Source: Candidatus Thorarchaeota archaeon
GTDB taxonomy: Archaea > Asgardarchaeota > Thorarchaeia > Thorarchaeales > Thorarchaeaceae
Direction of reading: 5' to 3'
Length of the DNA stretch: 25,319 nucleotides
NCBI GenBank assembly: GCA_016840855.1
Contig: JAEORO010000049.1
Coordinates: 1-25,319 of the forward strand
Part shown: piece after piece, positions 1 through 9,000 of the stretch
Layout of the letters: each line of letters begins with the position of its first letter
Numbering within the stretch: the first letter of the stretch is position 1
Made by a program: the position numbers and the translations under genes
Notes under the pieces: generated by a model
Database searches by the model: none
What the model was told of the DNA's origin: nothing
Seen by the model: the letters and a program-made list of their open reading frames with translations, nothing else

Positions 1-244
1 GATAGACTTTGTCGGAAATGGAGTCTACATCTTCAAGTCTGACCACTGGATCAATGTCAGGTCGTGCACCAATTTTTTCTAGAAACTCCTCTATCCGTCC
101 ACCACCAAGCACAACATACTTCAGATCAAGTCTGTTCTCACCACATCCGAAGATCCAATCCATGACTTCACCAATTTTTTCTCCATTGGAGTCAATTACA
201 TCCTTTCCTCTGATTTCACTGTACTTTAATTCGCAGCATCGCAT
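1..244 (-). CDS. PRC-barrel domain protein (partial; runs off the left edge)
   Basis: Not in the ORF track. My translation from ATG at 244 is MRCCELKYSEIRGKDVIDSNGEKIGEVMDWIFGCGENRLDLKYVVLGGG..., matching the PRC-barrel pattern S-x-L/I-x-GK-x-V-x-D-x-x-G-x-x-IG-x-V-x-D. A GAGGT SD-like motif lies ~8 nt upstream and the frame is open to the edge. Confidence 0.85.
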   Translation of the reverse strand, partial: MRCCELKYSEIRGKDVIDSNGEKIGEVMDWIFGCGENRLDLKYVVLGGGRIEEFLEKIGARPDIDPVVRLEDVDSISDKVY

Positions 245-277
245 CTTCTCAGACCTCGTAATGAATTCACTATTGTT

Positions 278-294
278 AATATATAAGCTTTCGC
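278..294 (-). promoter_or_regulatory. Putative archaeal BRE/TATA promoter of the PRC-barrel gene
   Basis: The minus strand reads GCGAAAGCTTATATATT: a purine-rich BRE-like element then TTATATA, ~35-40 nt upstream of ATG 244. Confidence 0.5.
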
Positions 295-370
295 TATACA
301 CTATGAAATATGTGAAAATGAATGAAGCTCACTTACTGAAAAATGATTGGGAGTCTAAAATTAGTCTCCC

Positions 371-673
371 TTAGTATACTTCTCTGGGACTCTCTCGTAA
401 ACGATCGGGGAGTTGACCGCCCTCACCCAAGACCTCAAGTTCATGGTCTCGGCCATAGCGACCACCATCGTTGCAGAGAAAGCCTGTTTTTGTAATGCCT
501 CTTGCTTGACGTTCAGCGGCACGACGAGTAATCATTGTCTTTCCGGAAGGAACAGTCATAATCAGCTTCTTCTGGGCTTCATCAATCACCAGCAAGATTG
601 TATCATCACTAGTGTTTCTTGTGGTTTCGAAAAACTGAGAGGTTGACTCATTAAACTCGAGGTAGATTGGCAT
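371..673 (-). CDS. Small protein, probable single gelsolin/villin-like domain
   Basis: 100 aa with GGAGG upstream. The pattern DDTILLVID..KKLIMTVPSG...RRAAERQARGI...ELEVLGEG..PDRL parallels the gelsolin repeat (DxFILD..xIYVWxG...ERxAAxxxAxxI...VxVVxEGxEP). Confidence 0.5.
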   Translation of the reverse strand: MPIYLEFNESTSQFFETTRNTSDDTILLVIDEAQKKLIMTVPSGKTMITRRAAERQARGITKTGFLCNDGGRYGRDHELEVLGEGGQLPDRLRESPREVY

Positions 674-782
674 TCGGAATCAAAATCCTCCAACTGGCTA
701 GTTAAACTAGAATGGTTTCTAGGCGTTTATTAATGATTCTCGCGCGGGTTCAAATGGATGAACATCTATCTATTCAGGTAAA

Positions 783-1463
783 TCAAAGAAGATGTGCAGT
801 TCCACAGTGTGCACACACCACAGCATCTTCGAACTCACCAGGTAGAGGTAATGGTGCCCCGCAATTTTGACACTTGAGGTCTCTAAGTTCAGACCGTTGT
901 TCTTTGGGAATGTTCAGTTTGAAGACTTGTTCGGCTACATCCTGAATTGTTTTTCCAATCCTCTGTGCAGCTCTCCCAATGGCACTCCTCTCAGGATCAC
1001 TAAGGGAACCTAATCCAACAGATAGAAAGAAATTATCAATTGCTCGACCAATCTTCCCAAAGACAGATCCAGCTTTCCATGACATTACCTCTGGAACTTG
1101 GAGTTCAAGAAGTTCACTATCAGGATGTCCAGGAATTTCATACCCTTTATTCCAATCTAATCGTACTGGTCGTTTTGAGGACAGAATGTGACCGCAATCT
1201 GGACAGACCATTTGCCATTCTTTTCCAAAGAAGCCCTTTCGTTTTTTCCGCTCCCCTACATCATACCAACATCTTTTGTGTGCAATTTTGTTACAATTGG
1301 GACAGGGGAATAAAAAGTAGGTATCAGGTTTAATCTTCATAGTTCCACCTGTATGAATCTTCAAATATGCCAAATCATTTGAAGAATTATTTAGGAGGTA
1401 TTGACCACAGATGAAACATGTTCTTCCATCTAATTTGTTCATTTTATCGGGAGTGATTCTCAA
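783..1463 (-). CDS. Zinc-finger protein: N-terminal C4HC3 (PHD/RINGv-like) finger plus C-terminal zinc ribbon
   Basis: Ligands CFIC, CPNC-x4-H-x2-CW and CPDC form C4HC3. C-terminal CQNC...CAHC is a zinc ribbon. TTG start with GAGG upstream; alternative ATG at 1442. Confidence 0.75.
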   Translation of the reverse strand: MRITPDKMNKLDGRTCFICGQYLLNNSSNDLAYLKIHTGGTMKIKPDTYFLFPCPNCNKIAHKRCWYDVGERKKRKGFFGKEWQMVCPDCGHILSSKRPVRLDWNKGYEIPGHPDSELLELQVPEVMSWKAGSVFGKIGRAIDNFFLSVGLGSLSDPERSAIGRAAQRIGKTIQDVAEQVFKLNIPKEQRSELRDLKCQNCGAPLPLPGEFEDAVVCAHCGTAHLL

Positions 1464-1603
1464 AAGGTTGAAACCTCATTCAGTACCTATTCACAAGGCA
1501 ATATGAACCTTACAGATTGAGCTTTTTATAATATCCTTATGAATAATCGAAATGCTCTTAGCATTGATGTGAACAGAAATCCAATCAGTTCTGAAGTCCA
1601 AAG

Positions 1604-4270
1604 GTGGCTTTCATGATTCCATCAAATATGATCCTAAATCTTAGAAACCTCGAAGAAGTAAAAATCTCAATTATAGGAGGAAAAGCCTCAAACCTTGGTC
1701 TTCTTCTCAAACAGGACTTCAATGTCCCAGATGGATTTGTGATTACAACAGAAGCCTATAGATTCTTCCTCAATTTCAACAGTATTGATACTAAAATCAT
1801 AGATGACACTAATCATCTCAGACATACTATTGAACATGCAAATTTCCCAGACAGTTTGGTTGATTTAATTATTGAAGCATATAATAAAATCGGAGGTGGG
1901 AGAGTTGCTGTTCGCTCATCAGCCACTGCAGAAGATTTGCCACAAGCCTCTTTTGCAGGACAATATGAAACTTCACTTAATGTAGAAGGAAAAGCTAGTC
2001 TTTTAGAAAACATCAAGCATTGTTTTGCTTCCATGTGGAGTGAAAGGGCAATTGCCTATCGTGAGGAAAATGGCATTGAACACAATCAGGTACAGGTTGC
2101 TGTTGTTGTTCAATCAATGGTTCAAGCGAGAAGTGCAGGGGTTGTGTTTACTAGAAATCCGCTATCAAATTCTAACTCTGAAATGATGTTGGAATCAAAC
2201 TTCGGTTTTGGGGAATCTGTTGTGTCTGGTCAGACTACTCCGGATAGATATATTGTGAATGTGGGACCTAAAGATGATTTTCGAATAATTAGTTGTGAAA
2301 TTGGAGCAAAAGATTTGATGACAGCTCCTACAACTAAGGGAGTTCAATTAGTAACAATATCTCCCACGAAACAGCAAGAATCATCTCTCCTCGATAGTGA
2401 GGTTATAGAGCTGTCAAAGATTGCAAAATCAATTGAAGATTGCTTTGATGCGCCTCAAGACATCGAGTGGGCAATTGATAGAGATGGAGAGATCCACATA
2501 CTTCAAACACGACCAATAACTGTAGTTTCTAGAATAAATCAGGAAATGGATGGTATCCTCTGGACAAGAGGTTATGCAGATGATTACTGGAATGATCCAG
2601 TAACACCTCTATTCTATGACCTCCTCGGAGATCAAATAACCTACATAGTGAATATTGAAACGAATGCGATAATGGGATACAAGGAAATGCCAGAAGAGCT
2701 TCTGAAATTACACAAGGCTCACGCCTACTTCAATCTGGATGTCATCAGAACCAAGGTTATCAATGAAATACCTCCATTCGTTAGATCTGAAGATGTTCTA
2801 AATTACTTCCCTGAGGGAGAAGGACCCTATGGAAAGGACACAATGAGAAATCTCCCATTTTCACTCAAAACTCGGATAATGGCTGAAATCAGAGTAATGC
2901 TATTTGATTCTGATGGGAGTATGACAAAAACAAATGACGCTTACATGAAATGGACTGATGAAATATTCAACCCTTTTTGTAATCAATTTGATACAGAACT
3001 TGGACATCTTTCTCAAAACGGGTCAGTTTCTAAATTAATGGAGCTAGCAGACGAACTTGACAAAGTGATGATGAAACACTTCAGAATGGTCCGTTATGGA
3101 ATACCAGTCCACACTTTGGGGATGAATCTAATCACAGGCTATCTTCTTCGAAGATGGCTTGGCGAGAGAGCTGGTAATGTATTGTACCCAATCCTATTGT
3201 CAGGGTTAGAGCACAAGACTACAGAAACGAATAGGGAGTTGGTCGAATTGGCATTACAGGCGAAGCAAGAGGAAGAGCTGAAGAACATTATCATTAATAC
3301 ACCATCCAATGAGTTGTATGCAGCATTATTTGAAACTGATACACCTGTAGGTCAATCATTCTTTGAGAGTTTTGAGAAATTTCTAAAAGATTATGGAGAT
3401 CGAGGTTTCACAAGAGAGCCCTTCTATCCAAGATGGAACGAAGCTCCAGAATATGTATTTGATGCAATCAAACCACTAGTCACTGAATCTATCGCAGACT
3501 TGGATGCGATAGAAAATGCTCTTGCTCGCAAGCGAATCAAGGCAGAATCTACGGTTGAGAATTATATTCGAAGTCAAAGATATGGACCTCTCAAATGGAT
3601 GCTTTTCTCCACAATTCTTGGAATGGCTCGTACATACATTGGTTTTAGAGAAAATCAGAGGTTCAATCTTGACAGATGGATTACAAGAAATCGACGAGTG
3701 TTTTTGGAGATTGGCAAACGTCTCGTTGATAATGAATATTTAGAAGATGCGAACCATGTCTTCTTTTTGCATCGCAAAGAATTGAGGACTGCAATCAAAG
3801 CTGGAAAAGGAAGTCCAGAACCTTCTGATTTTAGACATCTTGCTAAGCATAGGTTTGAAGAATTCTTGAAGTACGAGAATTCAACACCACCAAAATTCCT
3901 GATAGGTTCACGTGAGTTTGACGATCCACTACCTGATTCAGTTGAAGGATACGTTGGTATACCAGCAAGTCAAGGAATAATTTCAGGATATGTTCGAACT
4001 CTTGAAAGGATAGAGGATATCTCTCAAGTAAAAGCCGGGGAGATCCTTGTTGTCCCTAGGACTGATCCGGGATGGACACCAATCTTCTCTAAAATTGGAG
4101 GTCTCGTTACTGAATCCGGTGGGGTTTTGTCACATGGAGCGGTAGTTTCACGGGAGTTCGGAATCCCAGCTGTCACTAATGTGCGGAATGCGTGTCAAAT
4201 CTTCAAGACTGGACAATATGTTACACTTAATGGAAATCAAGGATTGGTAATACTACAAAATCCGGAGTGA
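1604..4270 (+). CDS. PEP-synthase/PPDK-family dikinase with rifampin phosphotransferase/PigC-like architecture (ATP-grasp, central substrate domain, C-terminal phospho-His swivel)
   Basis: N-terminal GGKASNL, VRSSATAED..SFAGQYET, QDIEWA and LQTRPIT. C-terminal TDPGWTP and TESGGVLSHGAVVSREFGIPAV. No C-terminal pyruvate-binding barrel, so not a true PpsA. True start may be ATG 1613. Confidence 0.88.
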   Translation: MAFMIPSNMILNLRNLEEVKISIIGGKASNLGLLLKQDFNVPDGFVITTEAYRFFLNFNSIDTKIIDDTNHLRHTIEHANFPDSLVDLIIEAYNKIGGGRVAVRSSATAEDLPQASFAGQYETSLNVEGKASLLENIKHCFASMWSERAIAYREENGIEHNQVQVAVVVQSMVQARSAGVVFTRNPLSNSNSEMMLESNFGFGESVVSGQTTPDRYIVNVGPKDDFRIISCEIGAKDLMTAPTTKGVQLVTISPTKQQESSLLDSEVIELSKIAKSIEDCFDAPQDIEWAIDRDGEIHILQTRPITVVSRINQEMDGILWTRGYADDYWNDPVTPLFYDLLGDQITYIVNIETNAIMGYKEMPEELLKLHKAHAYFNLDVIRTKVINEIPPFVRSEDVLNYFPEGEGPYGKDTMRNLPFSLKTRIMAEIRVMLFDSDGSMTKTNDAYMKWTDEIFNPFCNQFDTELGHLSQNGSVSKLMELADELDKVMMKHFRMVRYGIPVHTLGMNLITGYLLRRWLGERAGNVLYPILLSGLEHKTTETNRELVELALQAKQEEELKNIIINTPSNELYAALFETDTPVGQSFFESFEKFLKDYGDRGFTREPFYPRWNEAPEYVFDAIKPLVTESIADLDAIENALARKRIKAESTVENYIRSQRYGPLKWMLFSTILGMARTYIGFRENQRFNLDRWITRNRRVFLEIGKRLVDNEYLEDANHVFFLHRKELRTAIKAGKGSPEPSDFRHLAKHRFEEFLKYENSTPPKFLIGSREFDDPLPDSVEGYVGIPASQGIISGYVRTLERIEDISQVKAGEILVVPRTDPGWTPIFSKIGGLVTESGGVLSHGAVVSREFGIPAVTNVRNACQIFKTGQYVTLNGNQGLVILQNPE

Positions 4271-4277
4271 AGTCATT

Positions 4278-5240
4278 TTGGAACCGTTAACACACAAGCC
4301 TTCAAAACATCTTGAATGGAACGAGAGCTATTACTTCATCTTTTATGACAATGAAAAGAGATTAGGTGGAATGAGTAGAGTTGGATTCAAGCCTAACAAG
4401 AAAGATGGAATGACATTCTTCTTTCTATTCCTGCCAGATGGCTCGATAGGAGCCTATCATGCAAATGATGAAGGTGCAAGCTATCCGGAGTCAATAAGAG
4501 TATCAAATGTTCATCACCTTTGCATTAATGATGTGAAGTGGAAGTACTCATTTGAAGGGCCAATGCTCATTTTTAATGATCCGAAGAATTTTGCACAAGT
4601 ACAGGAAAATCCAGAAGTCATCACTGATTTGGTAGGTGCAAAGATAGATCTGGATTATGAAGCAATCAACAGTGTCTATGAATACAGCAAGCATATGACA
4701 CCAGAAGCGTTAGAAATCGGGAAGAAATCTGGAGATATGCATTGGGAACAGATCGGAAGGGTTACAGGATCAATTAAGATTGGCGAGGAAACATATGAAA
4801 TTGAAGATTGCCTTAGTCAAAGAGACCATACCCATGGCATAAGAGATTGGACAGGCGTTGGTAATTGGTTCTATTTCGTCGTTTGGTTCAATGAAGATTT
4901 AGCTGTCAATCCTGCGGCAGTTATCATGAATGATGGACGTATCGGTGCTGGAGGTTTTATCTTCAAAAATGGAGAAAATGTACCCTTGGAATCCATCAAA
5001 ATGCTGGAGCACTTATATGACGAGGATGGAATATTCCCCATAACAACTACACTTGAATTAGTTGATGCAAATAGTCAAAAATACATTCTCAAAGCGCAGC
5101 CGGGACAAATAATACCAATTCCATTTACAGGAGAATCTGGTAATGTTTCATACCTCATACAATCCTTTGGCACCTTTCAACTCGATGATATCGAGGGAGG
5201 ATACGGATCATATGAGGTTTTGAGAAGCCTTAAACCATAG
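4278..5240 (+). CDS. CrtC/tocopherol-cyclase/lipocalin-like tandem beta-barrel protein (DUF7064/7065-like)
   Basis: WNESYYF near the N-terminus, HWEQIGRVTGSIKIG and SQRDHTHGIRDW (family pattern G-x-RDHSWG-x-R-x-W). Starts 7 nt after the dikinase stop. Confidence 0.65.
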   Translation: MEPLTHKPSKHLEWNESYYFIFYDNEKRLGGMSRVGFKPNKKDGMTFFFLFLPDGSIGAYHANDEGASYPESIRVSNVHHLCINDVKWKYSFEGPMLIFNDPKNFAQVQENPEVITDLVGAKIDLDYEAINSVYEYSKHMTPEALEIGKKSGDMHWEQIGRVTGSIKIGEETYEIEDCLSQRDHTHGIRDWTGVGNWFYFVVWFNEDLAVNPAAVIMNDGRIGAGGFIFKNGENVPLESIKMLEHLYDEDGIFPITTTLELVDANSQKYILKAQPGQIIPIPFTGESGNVSYLIQSFGTFQLDDIEGGYGSYEVLRSLKP

Positions 5241-5297
5241 ATATGCAATACAGAAAATGTCATACTGAATTATATTAGGAAGCTCTGAAAAGAAGCA

Positions 5298-5963
5298 TTG
5301 GCGGGTATCCCTATGTTTGAATACGTCCAGGAGAGAGAGGTTGCAAAACGATTAGAATCTAGAACACTGGTCTATGTGATTACTACTGGAGAATCCGATG
5401 GATTCGGTTCTCAAAATCTCTCTGATCGTGGTGAGAATCAGATTATTGAAATGGCTAGATCAAGGGTAGCGACTGGTGTAAGAATTCTATATTCAGCCAC
5501 CAATAAGCTTGCTGCAAAATCAGCTGATATGTTAGGCAATGAATTTGAATCAAAAGTGAAGAAAATTGATTGCTTAGACTCAGTGAACTTTGGTAATGAT
5601 TTCGATAATCTAGATCTTCTTGCTGATAAACTTAAGAAGATGTGGCAAGATGAAAATTATGCTATTGAGAATGGAGAGTCTTTCTCAGAAGCTAGAGAGC
5701 GTTTTGGCACCTGCATGGGAGGGATTATCGCAAAACATCAGGATGATGTGCTCGCAGTTGTGGTTGATCCACTAATGGCGATACTGTTCCACGCTCTTGT
5801 GACTGCAGCTCCTTTGGACATCGAGGATTGGCATTCTATTGGTAATGCAGCTTGTGCCACATATGAATATTCTAGAGGTTGGAATGTAGTAATGCCTTCA
5901 GATAACAGCTACCTTAGCGATCCAACATTTGTTAAAGACAATCTTCCAGATGAGCTACTTTAA
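5298..5963 (+). CDS. Histidine phosphatase (phosphoglycerate mutase) superfamily homolog with degenerate active site
   Basis: Fold motifs LSDRGENQ, ILYSA...A..SA, NGESFSEARER, DVLAVV and IGNAA are present. RHG is replaced by TTG (VYVITTGES) and the second-His motif (VSHG) by VVDP. Confidence 0.75.
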   Translation: MAGIPMFEYVQEREVAKRLESRTLVYVITTGESDGFGSQNLSDRGENQIIEMARSRVATGVRILYSATNKLAAKSADMLGNEFESKVKKIDCLDSVNFGNDFDNLDLLADKLKKMWQDENYAIENGESFSEARERFGTCMGGIIAKHQDDVLAVVVDPLMAILFHALVTAAPLDIEDWHSIGNAACATYEYSRGWNVVMPSDNSYLSDPTFVKDNLPDELL

Positions 5964-5970
5964 ACATAAT

Positions 5971-6012
5971 AAAAAGAAGAAAGAAGAAACGGACACAGTG
6001 TCCGGTCTTCTT
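5971..6012 (-). terminator. Hairpin plus pyrimidine tract between convergent genes; likely terminator of the large surface-protein gene
   Basis: Inverted repeat AAGAAGA-AA-CGGACAC-A-GTGTCCG-G-TCTTCTT at 5981-6012. On the minus strand it runs into TTTCTTCTTTCTTCTTTTT. Confidence 0.6.
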
Positions 6013-6020
6013 AGGATTTT

Positions 6021-9000
6021 CTACCTTCGTCTATAGAGCATGCAGACGACAACAACTAACGCAACGACGCCTCCAACAATTAGGTACAGAGTTAGAGGAT
6101 TAACATCTTCTGGTGGGTATGGAGTTGTTGTTCCAGACCCTTGGTACGAACTTGTGTAAGCTACGAAGACGGGATCACAAAGTATCTCATGGCCACCCCA
6201 ATTCTCATAACCAGCGGTCATGAAAAGCATAGAAGCTTCAACATTCCAGTTGGTTACTGAAGAACCGGATGCAGATTCGTACATTACACTAAAAGCACCA
6301 ATTGGGACAGTTGATGATCCAGAAATGTAAAGAGTCGTATGACCATCACCACCCCAGGTGTATGGCAAACCACCCATGGTAACGGTTGCATATGGACTAT
6401 TTTCAGATCCGAAATCATAGTACTCTGCTTCTAGACTCGCACCGTTTGTGTCGGTGACTGGGCGATCATCAGCTGTGTATCTTGTTGCTGTTCCTGTACC
6501 AAGAACACCAAAGAAGTTGACGGCCAGACTGCGACCCTCTAGAACAGAGTTATCAAAGCTACGCAGAGTCCAATCTCCAAAACGTTGATCCACCTTAAAG
6601 GACACGGCATGGTTCCACGTAGTTGAATCCTCTGGGTCATAATTTACCATGTCAACTTTAAACTCGATATCGAATGCCATCTCACTAACTGTTGCCTTGG
6701 TAACCCAGTAATCGAAATTAGTAGCGTTTAAGCCAATAGCACCTTCGTATGACTGTCGGAAATCCCAAGCGCCTCTCAGTGCTGATGAATGCTCTATCCT
6801 TAGTGGGTATATCGTCACATTGACATTGTAGATGGAAACACCGAAGCTTACAACTGTGTCAGGGCTCACGATTACATTACCTGAATTATTCGTTGCTCCG
6901 AATGGTCTCCGAAGTTCAACCATCGCAACATCGTCAATTAAGACCAGATGAGTCACTTCATCAGTCATGACCTGTCCATCGCGTAGAGTAAAGTCAGGTG
7001 CACTAGGTGTAGGTCCTAATCCATCATTGAAGATAAGTAGGCCTGCATACTCAGCACGAAATCTGGCAAGAGTTGCTTGTGTTTCAGAGATTCCAACCCA
7101 ATAGGACTGTCTTGTCCCCCATGCAAACCAAGTATTTGTCCACTTACCTGCTTCGAGTCCTGGTATCCTGCTGACATCAAGCGTCCTATTCTTTGCCATC
7201 CAAGCCACGTGTTCGTACCCTGGAATAGGAATATCGTTGTCTATATCAGCCCACATTGTATCTTGGATTCTAGCCATTTCACTAGCACTTACAGGACTTC
7301 CATCAGTGTGATACCAATAGAATGTTTCATTGGCATTGAACCACATTTCAGATTTTAGAACACCCATCCAGTTCTCTGACCAAAACTCATCTCCTTCATC
7401 GCCGGGTGTAGGATCGAAGCCGAGAGCAACAAGCATTCCACTAACTGTGATGTTACCCCAGTCCTCCCAATAACCAGTTCTTTTGATATAGTACTGGTCA
7501 GCTAATGTGTAGATGTTACCGTCAAGATCAATTGCACCATCCTCAGTGACAATCCATATGGGTGGCGTATATGTGTCTACATAACCCAGACGAAGATTTC
7601 TTGGACTCCAAAGCGTGTCACTAGAGAGATCAACTTCTGTTTCTTGATTTGTCCATGAATTTACTAAAGCGATGTACTCTGCGAGTGAAAGCTGACCACC
7701 AGTAACTAGCCACCAAGGATATCCCCAAGTGCCATTGATAGCGTCCCATATCCGAACATTGCTTAGTAGCCCAACCGATACCTTTGCTTGATCCATAACC
7801 ATTGAAGGCGCATCTTGATCGAAGCTAAACATCACATTCAGCTTTGTCAAGTCCTCTTGTATGTCGAGGCGATAGCTCGTTACGTTCACATGGTCAGTTG
7901 TCAATGTATAAGTCCATAATTGTAAACCACCACTTTGGAACATAGTGATTCTATACTCAGAAGACTCGGTTGATAAGCCAGTTTCAAAATTGATACGAAT
8001 TGAGTGGGCAATATTCACACGCCAAAAGTGTGTATCATTACTGTCCATTATCGAGCCACGAACTTCCAAAGTGATATACATCAATTCCTGAGTCACATTG
8101 AATAAGGCTGGCGGAGTAGCAGTCCCAGAATCAATTTCATATACTATCGACCCATTGATTTCGTTCATATTTTTATGAACTAGCATAGTCAGATTGAGAA
8201 GCTCACCTTGTTGAACAACAGATGCAATCTGTCCAGCTCCATTATAGACAAATGCCTCAATAAAGGCGGATCTGAAGGCCAACTTCATTGTTGCTCTTTC
8301 GCGTATCTCTGGTCGTGCAACAATTGGTCGACCATTTGTATCAAGGACAGTGACTAGAGACATTTCAGGTTCTATAGTCCCACCAAAACCGAAACCATCA
8401 TCCATGTCGGTTTCATTAGTGAAGTAACCACCCCATTGAATTAGATGTCGGTCATTTACACTTGTATATCCGCTATTTACTACGAAATAACGACTTAGAT
8501 CGATTGTTGAGTTTTCAATAACAAGTAGATGGGGGAACCACATACCAACTCCCCCACCGAGATCAATCCATTCCCAATCAACATCGAGATAGCCGCCGAG
8601 GACATATGCATCAGTTTCATTCACTTTCAAGAACATCATAGGGTAAAGATCTACTACGATCTCCTCCCATGTAACATCACTGTTGAAGAGGACTGCATTA
8701 TCAGTATCGAGACCGACTGGATAAGTCCAGTTCTCAGTCATATGATAATCTTGGTCCCATGTTAGCTGAGCAAATGGGATGAGGGCAGATCCTATCTCAG
8801 CGTTGGACATCATCCTAACAATGAATGTGTCATTGACATCTACATAGTGAATGATTTTGCCATCTTCTCCTACAATATCAGCATAGTAGTAGTTTGGTAG
8901 CGAAAAGTCTGTTGGAATCACAGGCACCCCAAAACCAATTGGAGGACTAATGTATTTTCCAGTTTCAGCTGCGACTAACCAGTTGGCTGCAATTGGATGT

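Noticed and set aside
9-374. 121-aa plus-strand ORF
   Set aside because: Ser/Pro-rich antisense shadow of the minus-strand PRC-barrel gene.
1604-4270. Calling the gene ppsA or rph
   Set aside because: It lacks the pyruvate-binding barrel of PpsA, and rifamycin specificity cannot be shown from architecture alone.
4268-4280. Selenocysteine readthrough or fusion at the TGA ending the dikinase gene
   Set aside because: The next ORF is in a different frame and the dikinase ends at the normal end of the swivel domain.
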